Shown here: positions 22,200 through 28,507 of the stretch, one piece after another
Numbering within the stretch: the stretch's first letter is position 1
Layout: the number at the start of each line of letters is the position of its first letter
Assembly: GCA_001179505.1 (NCBI GenBank)
Contig: CDMY01000707.1
Coordinates: forward strand, 1-28,507
Length of the DNA stretch: 28,507 nucleotides
Direction: 5' to 3'
Origin: Vitrella brassicaformis CCMP3155
Lineage: Eukaryota > Protista > Chromerida
Notes under the pieces: generated by a model
Databases searched by the model: none
Seen by the model: the letters and a program-made list of their open reading frames with translations, nothing else
What the model was told of the DNA's origin: nothing
Position numbers and translations under genes: made by a program

Positions 22200-22720
22200 G
22201 CGGGTGGAGGGACGCGGTGTCGCGCCAGGTGGCGAAGCAGGGTGAGAGTCTTTCCACTCCAACGGCCGAACTTTTCCGCCGCTAGAGGCACGAACGTGTA
22301 GCCCTTCTGCTAACAGCTGGCACCGTACTTGCGGTCCTTGTCCCGCTCCGCCCCCGCAGTTGCAATGCCGCCCGGCCGACGTGCATGGCTGCGGTTGACC
22401 TGAGTGTGGTGAGCGGTGGAGTTCTCGGGCCGACACGGATGGACCACCGTGACGTCGCACAGGACACCTTCGCCGTCGATGGGGAAGAAGAGGTCCATGC
22501 GCTGACTGTTGGGCTGGGCGTTTGGGGGGGTGATGTCGAGAGAGCGCAGGGGCACTTCTGTGACAGCCGTGATGCCCACTTCCGCAAGGATGGCCTTGAA
22601 GACGTCCAGCAGAGTGTTGTGCTTGAACACGCGCTCCGCCGTTGCGCGGCTGCAGAGGAAGAAGTGGTCCCTCAAGGCGTCGATGGCCGTTCCGCACGTG
22701 CATGACGATGCGAGGCTGGC
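22200..22720 (-). pseudogene. CCHC zinc knuckle plus restriction-like endonuclease domain of the retroelement
   Basis: ORF 22310-23053: SCTCGTAIDALRDHFFLC...FKHNTL...QRMDLFF...LCDVTVVHP...AERDKDRKY. Confidence 0.9.
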
Positions 22721-23599
22721 GAGGGGGAAAGTGATGCCGAGGGTGAGAGCCGTGGCAAGGCGGTAGGCGTAGTTGTTCAAGCACTTGCGCTTGTCACTTC
22801 GGGTATATGCGGGGATGGCCGACAGCCAGCCGGACGACAGGGGCCTCAGGTAGGAGAGAAGGTGGCATCGATCACGGCTACCAGCCGGGAAGGACTGAAA
22901 GAGAGTGTCGAAGTCCTTCTCTGCGAGGGCCGCGGAAATCTTCTGCTGCAGCCGAGCTTGCGAGCATGCGATGAGCTGCGCGATAGGGGGGATGGCGATA
23001 GAGGGGAGGGATGCGGAGAAATCGATGCGGGCGGATGCCGCCGGACAAGCCATTCCAGCTGGAGAAGAGAGGCTTCAGACTCGGGCATCCAGAGTTGCCC
23101 ACGAAAACGATCCCACACATCCCCCACGGTGACGGCCACGGACCCTAGGTGAGCGGCCGGCGCGACACGCGCAGACGACACCAGCCCGAAGCCCCCCAAC
23201 CGGATTGGGAGCTGCACCTACCGGTGTGCCGAAGTAGATAGGGCGCCCGTGCGGTGGATGCTGGTGAACGCGGTAACCTTCGCAGCATCATGTGCATGGG
23301 TGGCCGCTAAGAGCGACGAGGAGGGGGCAAGAAGGCGGCACCAGTAGAGGAAGCAAGGGGACCCACAGTAGCGAAGGAGGGGTTCGCTCCCTGCACTGCA
23401 TGATCCCAATCGTCGACAGCAAAGGCCACGACGGCGTCGAGGAGGCGCTGATGCTTGGCGACGACCTCATTCACTGTGCGCTCGATGAAAGCCGGGGTGC
23501 CGATCGGGGCGGACAGGAGGATGATCCCTTTGGTGGACGCGCGCACACCTCGGCTCGTAATGGCAGTCGGAAGGTCAGCGGCCGAGCGCCAATGCGGAG

Positions 23600-24260
23600 A
23601 CCACGCATGGCACTTGTCCAGCCGCAGCACCAGGCTGATAGTGCGGAATTCAGCATCGGCAGCTGTCAGAAAGGAGGGGACATCTCATTCGTCCATCCCA
23701 CCCAGCCCGTCATCCATGAAGCCCCCGATAAGCGCAGCGGGGAACTGCTCTTGCAGGCGACGGAGGGCCGGCTGAAAGGCGAGGCAGAAAAGGAAGGGGC
23801 CTGCCGCATCACCCTGCTGTACGCCTTGACGACTGTAGATGGTCTCAACTCGCCCGCCCTCCATCGTGTACCACAATGGCGCAGCTGTGCCGTAGAACTG
23901 CCAGAAGAAGGCGATCATGGCCGGATGCTTGACGGCGAGCTCGTCCATGATACGCTGACGGCTGATCTCGTTGAAGGCGTTGCGGCAGTCGAGGGACAGG
24001 AGGGTGTGAGTGATGAGCGGCCCGTCCGCATCGTGGCCAACGGCGTCTTGCGTCTGGATATAAGTCTGCGCCGCTCGGGAGAGCTTCCCGCCGCTAGCTG
24101 ACGTGCCGACAGCAAACTGGTGGGGCCGGAACTCCTTCTCGAACTCCAGCTTGTGTTGCATGCACAGCGCTCGAGTCACCTACCGACGAAGCACGTCGCC
24201 AATGGCAATGGGTCGCACACCGCCCCCCGGCTTCTCCAAGGCGAACAGGCGGGTGGCAGC
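23600..24260 (-). pseudogene. Reverse transcriptase core of the retroelement
   Basis: Contiguous in-frame RT motifs, broken only by TAG at 24180 and TGA at 23685. Confidence 0.95.
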
Positions 24261-25385
24261 CAGTAGTCTCGTCACCAGTGGGGGCAAGTCGCCGTCTAAC
24301 ATCCGCTGCACGAACTTGAGAACGGGTACGGCCTCTGCATTGGTATGGGCCTCGCCAAGGAGCACTTGAAGGTGCTCATACCGCCAGCCGGTCGGTCCAA
24401 CGGCCGCCCCGTGTAGCGCGGTCTTCAGTGCAGCCAAAAGAAAGTCGCGGTTGGTCTCCAGGCGAGGGGCGTCACCCGCCAGCGCGGCGGGCCTGTCGAT
24501 GGGAGCGGCGTTGAGGTGGAGTGCGCGCAGCTGATCCAGGGTCTGCTGATTTGCCGCCGCAATGGGCGCCGATGTGAGGCGACTCGCCGCGCGAGAGAGC
24601 TCGCCGAGGCCAACAAGGCGTGCTGCTGCTCGCCGTCTGACTGCATCCAATGAGGGTCCTGCCTCGCCATCAACAGGACCCTCCCCGGCCGGCGCAAAGA
24701 CGTGACGGCCTTGAGGGGCAAACTGTCGTGCTTCGCTGAGCAGTCCCTCCCACTCGCCTCGCCAGAACCGAAGAAGACAGGTGCCCCACTTACGAGCGCC
24801 ACCACCCTGTGTGCCGAGCGCTACCACCCTGTGTGCCGCCGCGGTTCATGGGGAAGAGCAGCAGGACGGGGATATAGAGCAGCACCAGACAGGCATTGTT
24901 GGAGTCGCCCGCCATCGTCGACGCAAACAACCGCTTCACAGCCTCTACGACCTCCCGCAGGGCGAGCCGTGCACACTGCGGGAGCCGCTCGATGGAGCGG
25001 ATGGCTTGTTGGAAGTCCGCAAAGTGATCGGCCTCAGACCGGCCAGTCAAAAACTCCACCCCTGGGGCCGGCAGGGTTCGATGCGATTGGTGCCAATGGC
25101 CGTCAACGGAGCTCGTGGGGGGCGGGGGGGAGAAGGAGGGCCTCCAGGCGGCCCACCGGGAGGGCCCTGCCCACCAGGCGGGCCCGGTCCTCCTGCCGGC
25201 GGTCGGCGAAGGAACCACCGTTGGGATGCCCGACCGCCCCCTGACAGCGGCCGACCGGCGCGTCGCTCTCCTGGCTGTTGACGGCTGGCACCCCCTGCGC
25301 CCTGGGCAGCCTCGCCCGCCTCCTGGGGGCCATCTTGCTCACGGCGCCGCTGGTCTGCGTCTTCGCAACGGCACCGTCCGTCAGT

Positions 25386-25505
25386 CTCACATTGTCGCCG
25401 CTCCTCGGTCTCACGTTGCCGTTGCTCCTCGGTCTCACATTGCCGGCGCGCTTCGGTCTCACGTCGTCGTTGCTCCTCGTTCTCACGTTGTCGCCGCGCC
25501 TCCTC
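25386..25505 (-). repeat. 24-bp x5 coding tandem repeat (E/R/Q-rich 8-aa unit) in the retroelement linker
   Basis: ctcac[a/g]t...cggt period 24. Encodes EARRQRENEEQRRRETEARRQCETEEQRQRETEERRQCET. Confidence 0.8.
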
Positions 25506-26384
25506 ACCGCAGCGCCCATGACAAAAACTCCCGCAGCTCAGACAAGGGTTGTCCCCTCTCGCCCGCCCAGATCGACGTCTAGATCGCCCGCCCGCCGTAT
25601 CTCGCGCAGCCCGCCGCAGCGAGCGATCGCGGCACCTCCTGGTGCCCGTGCGGCTCGGTTCGTCGGTTCCGTTAGAGCCATCCACACCTCTTCCACGCAC
25701 ACACGTGTCCTCCTCTTCGTCCACCCTCGTGTCGCCAGCGTTGGCCGTGGGGGCGGCCGAGCTGCTCGGTGCGTCGTTCCATGTATCAAGGATATCCCCG
25801 ACGTCGTGGAGGCCCTGGGAAGGGGCCGTGTTCGAGGGGTCGAAGCCCTCTCGAGAAGTCATGTCGGCCAGGACCTCGAGCCGGCCTGGTGGGGCTCCCT
25901 CAGCAGCGATGAGCTCATCCAGAGACGGTTGAGGGCGAGCCGGGGGGGCGACGCGTGGCGGCCGGGGTGGTAGGGATTCGCCCCTGCTGCTCGCCGATGG
26001 AGAAATGATCGCCAAGTGGGCTCCCGAGCCGAGCCGGCGGCGTCGAGAGCGGCGGTGTTGCCGTTGCCGTTGGCGGCGGCGGTCTTGGCGTCGCTCGGCT
26101 CCTGGCCCCTTATTGTCGATGCACGCCGCCAGTGCCAGGTCCGCCGCCAAAGCCGCCGACTCCGCCTCCAGGTCATCGACGTCCATTGGGACTTCCTCGC
26201 TGTGCGCGTCGGCCGGCCCGTTCCCGTCATCGCGGGTGGTGGCGGGGCGGGTGGGGGAGGGGCGGCGGGGTCGCCTGGAGGGTCGTCATGTATCACGATC
26301 GGCGAGGCGGGGCCTCCAGGAGCCCTGGCACCTCCCAAGCCGCCGGCGTCGTCGGCCTCCATCCAGTCGTCGTGCGGCCGGTCA

Positions 26385-26845
26385 GCAGGCAGCATGGAGG
26401 CGAAGTGGCCGGGCATGTAGAGCACATGGATGGCGGAGCTGCCGGCGACTCGAAAGGGTTGCTCTGGGTCGACGAACAGCCGGATTGCCACAGGGAGGGG
26501 GCCCGCTGTCTCCAGAGACGCACGCTCGTGTAGCTGGCAGAGCACGATGGTCGCCCCGACCACGTTGGCCACCGACTGCACCTCCATCTCGCTTAGGCCT
26601 CTTCCAAGCCGGATGCCTTCGATATAAGCGTCGGTGCCGATCCCCCGCGGCTGGAGGTCGGCGAATTCACCCGCACCGCTGCGCCGCCGAAGGTCATCCA
26701 CGAGGCGCCGGCGAACGGCGGCAGGGGACGGCAGCTCGCCGTCGAGGTGGTTCGCGGGGGGCAGACCGTCTGCTGCGCGCCGACGATGAGCTTCAAGCTG
26801 GCGGAGGACGGCTCGAAGCAGGCAGTTGTTCCCCTCGACGCTCTC
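26385..26845 (-). pseudogene. OTU-like cysteine protease domain within the retroelement ORF
   Basis: SVEGNNCLLRAVLRQL...VRRRLVDDL...YIEGI...GLSEMEVQSVANVVGATIVL...IHVLYMPGHFASML matches the OTU Cys-box, central helix and His-box order. Cys codon at 26822-26824, His codon at 26405-26407. Confidence 0.75.
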
Positions 26846-27189
26846 GTCGATCACGCGGAAGAGAGGGCGCACCGCTCCTCCATGGGACACCAGGGTAGCG
26901 CCATGGGCGACGAACTGGCGAAGCGAGGGGAGGATGTAAGGGAAGGACGCACCGGCCAGCGTCTCGATCCGCAGCAGGTCCTCCAGCTCGTAGTCCGCTG
27001 GGTTCGCCAGCCAGTGCCACTGCCCGGCACTGAGGCGCCACAGGCCTTGGTGTACACGCTGCATGCGGCGGGAGAACTCCGGCAGCGGCAGGAGGCCCTC
27101 AAGGTGGCCCGGGAGTGGATGGGCTCGTAGCTGCGCGGGATGCCGCTGCAGGGGGTTCATCAGGATCTGGTGCCAGTGGAGGTGACCCG

Positions 27190-27680
27190 GCAGGTGGCTG
27201 TAGGGGCGGACGAGCGCGCCCGACCGATCGCGGTGTGCCTGCCGCAGACACTCCCGGCACAGCCAGGAGCGGCACGCACACGGGACGCGCTCGAAGGCGT
27301 CGGCCGGGTAAGGGTTCGAGCACCCGGGGCACTCGTGGTGGTCGGGGTTGGCCGGAGGTGGGGCGAGCGGATCAGCGGGGACCTCACCGAGAGAGTCCAC
27401 ACCGAGGACGCACTCGGGGCAGAACGCCTGGCGGCACATCGGGCAGTTGGCGTGCTGGCAGCCTCAGCGCGCAGGGATCGGCTCCAAATGGCGGTGCCGA
27501 TAGGGTTGCCACGGTCGCCGGTCGCCGAGCTGCACCACGCAGTAGCGGCAGACCTCGTAGACGGGGGGATCCCGACGGCGACGGCCCTGCACACGGCCGT
27601 CGGGCGGTGGCGTGGCATCGCCCCGATGGACATTCACGAAGTCTTGGAGGGGTCGCGCCTCAAAACAGACGTCGCATTGC
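27190..27680 (-). pseudogene. Two RING-like Cys/His clusters at the N-terminus of the retroelement ORF
   Basis: CDVC...H...CRYC...*GCQHANCPMCRQAFCPEC (one in-frame TGA at 27464-27466), then CPGC-x13-CAC-x4-CREC. Confidence 0.6.
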
Positions 27681-27756
27681 CGAGTATCCTCAGCCTCGCA
27701 GGAAGGTGGCGGCGATCGGCCGTCACTCATGCCGCACGCCGGTGATGATGGCACAC

Positions 27757-28030
27757 ATGCCCGAGCGAAAGCGAGGGCTTCACCTGTGAGTGAAAGCAAG
27801 GGCGTCCGGGGTTCGAATCTCCCCTCCAAGTGTTATCCCGAGGCGCCGGCTCAGTAGCAGGATCCAGGAGAATGCCCGAGCGGAAAGCAAGGGCGTCCCC
27901 TGTGAGTGAAAGCAAGGACGTCCCCTGTGAGTGAAAGCAAGGGGCGTTCGGGGTTCAAATCTCCCCTCCAGGTGTTATCCCGAGGCGCCGGCTCAGTAGC
28001 AGGATCCAGGAGAGTAGCAGGATCCAGGAG
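27757..28030 (-). repeat. Tandem ~115-bp repeats (2 units plus a 17-bp partial) in the 5' UTR of the retroelement
   Basis: atgcccgagc...gtagcaggatccaggaga at 27757-27871 and 27872-28013. Unit 2 has an extra 25-bp cctgtgagtgaaagcaagg sub-repeat. Confidence 0.9.
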
Positions 28031-28280
28031 GAGGACGCACGGGCCGGCTACTCCCTGTTCGGCCGCCTCGCCTCACCGAGAGGACGGTACCGGCCCTGAA
28101 CGAGGCGTGCTCACAGCACCAATACGATAGGGGTGGGGGAAGATCCACGTATCAGTGAGACTGGAATGACGAGACGGATCTGATGGTGCCCCCCGTTGCC
28201 GCCCGCGGAGTCCTCATGAGGAAAAAATGCAAGATCTCCAGCTCGCATGAAATTCCAATTCGCGTTGGCGTGCGCGCGAT

Positions 28281-28497
28281 TGTTGGCGACTTTGAGAATC
28301 TTCCCCTTTTTTCAATTTGGGCTTCACATTAGTAGGGGCATTGTGCGAAAAGGCCGGTGAGGACCTCTTCTATAATCAGTTGAATAGAGGATCTGCTGAG
28401 CGGTAAGTCTCAGAGTCAGAGTGCTTTCACTTTAGTGAGATGAGTCAGTCACGCAAGTGGTTCTGTCCATATGAGGCATCATCAGGGGTGGTCAACA
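28281..28497. repeat. LTR-like sequence related to the copia LTR at 18833-19068
   Basis: aaaggccggtgaggacctcttctataat...tagaggatctgctgagcggtaagtctcagagtcagagtgctttcactt is near-identical to 18909-18992. Ends in gtcaaca at 28497. The left boundary tgttgg at 28281 is tentative. Confidence 0.7.
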
Positions 28498-28507
28498 ACT
28501 GCGTTCG

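Larger units (their letters stand above)
21720..28030 (-). mobile_element. Near full-length, decayed CRE-like non-LTR retrotransposon with a single reconstructed ORF (ATG 27730): RING-like, OTU-like, linker, RT, CCHC, RLE
   Basis: RT motifs: LFALEKPGGGVRPIAIGDVLRR, SLDCRNAFN, GVQQGDAAGPFLF, FMDD, LRLDKC..WSP, GIILLSAPIG, QLPIRLGGFGL. Knuckle CTCG...DHFFLC...KH. RLE RMD...DVT...AERDKDRKY...GYTFVPLAAES. Interrupted by at least 4 in-frame stops and several frameshifts. Boundaries are approximate. Confidence 0.92.

Noticed and set aside
22167-24827. DIRS/Ngaro or Penelope assignment for the RT element
   Set aside because: No tyrosine recombinase, RNase H or GIY-YIG domain is present. The C-terminal CCHC plus RLE indicates an early-branching non-LTR element.
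27800-27830. tRNA gene suggested by ggggttcgaatctcccc
   Set aside because: Only a T-arm-like hairpin is present, with no D-arm, anticodon arm or acceptor stem.
24400-27900. Numerous long plus-strand and alternative-frame ORFs (e.g. 26005-26898, 25278-25973)
   Set aside because: They are shadow ORFs of GC-rich retroelement coding sequence with no recognisable motifs.
27990-28060. HDV-like ribozyme resemblance at the retroelement 5' end (agccggc...cctcctcctgg...gccggc on minus)
   Set aside because: The P3 pairing and P1 spacing of the HDV fold could not be built by eye. An Infernal or RNAmotif search would be needed.
21700-28200. Spliced-leader, snRNA, rDNA or telomere target sequence at the junctions of the CRE-like element
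   Set aside because: No recognisable SL, U-snRNA, rRNA or TTAGGG/TTTAGGG tract at either end.

Overview
This is intron-rich, repeat-rich eukaryotic DNA. Short GT-AG introns full of CA/GACA microsatellites and abundant TGCATG motifs suggest a chromerid/alveolate protist such as Vitrella (inference only). The one clearly intact host gene is a 12-exon FAD-linked berberine-bridge-type oxidoreductase (11185-13712, minus). A few hypothetical spliced genes lie nearby. The rest is mobile or repetitive DNA: (1) a ~6.3 kb decayed CRE-like non-LTR retrotransposon (minus, ~21720-28030) whose reconstructed single ORF reads RING-like Zn fingers, OTU-like cysteine protease, low-complexity linker, RT, CCHC knuckle and restriction-like endonuclease; (2) a 3' fragment of a related element inserted in an unidentified long ORF; (3) a truncated Ty1/copia element with its 5' LTR, interrupted by a ~480 bp insert with a ~17 bp duplication; (4) four arrays of a dispersed 60-bp palindrome-rich minisatellite; (5) a diverged inverted pair of coding-like segments framing the first 6 kb. 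The best novelty candidate is the retroelement carrying both putative ubiquitin-ligase-like (RING) and deubiquitinase-like (OTU) modules. All alignments were done by eye and no databases were searched.
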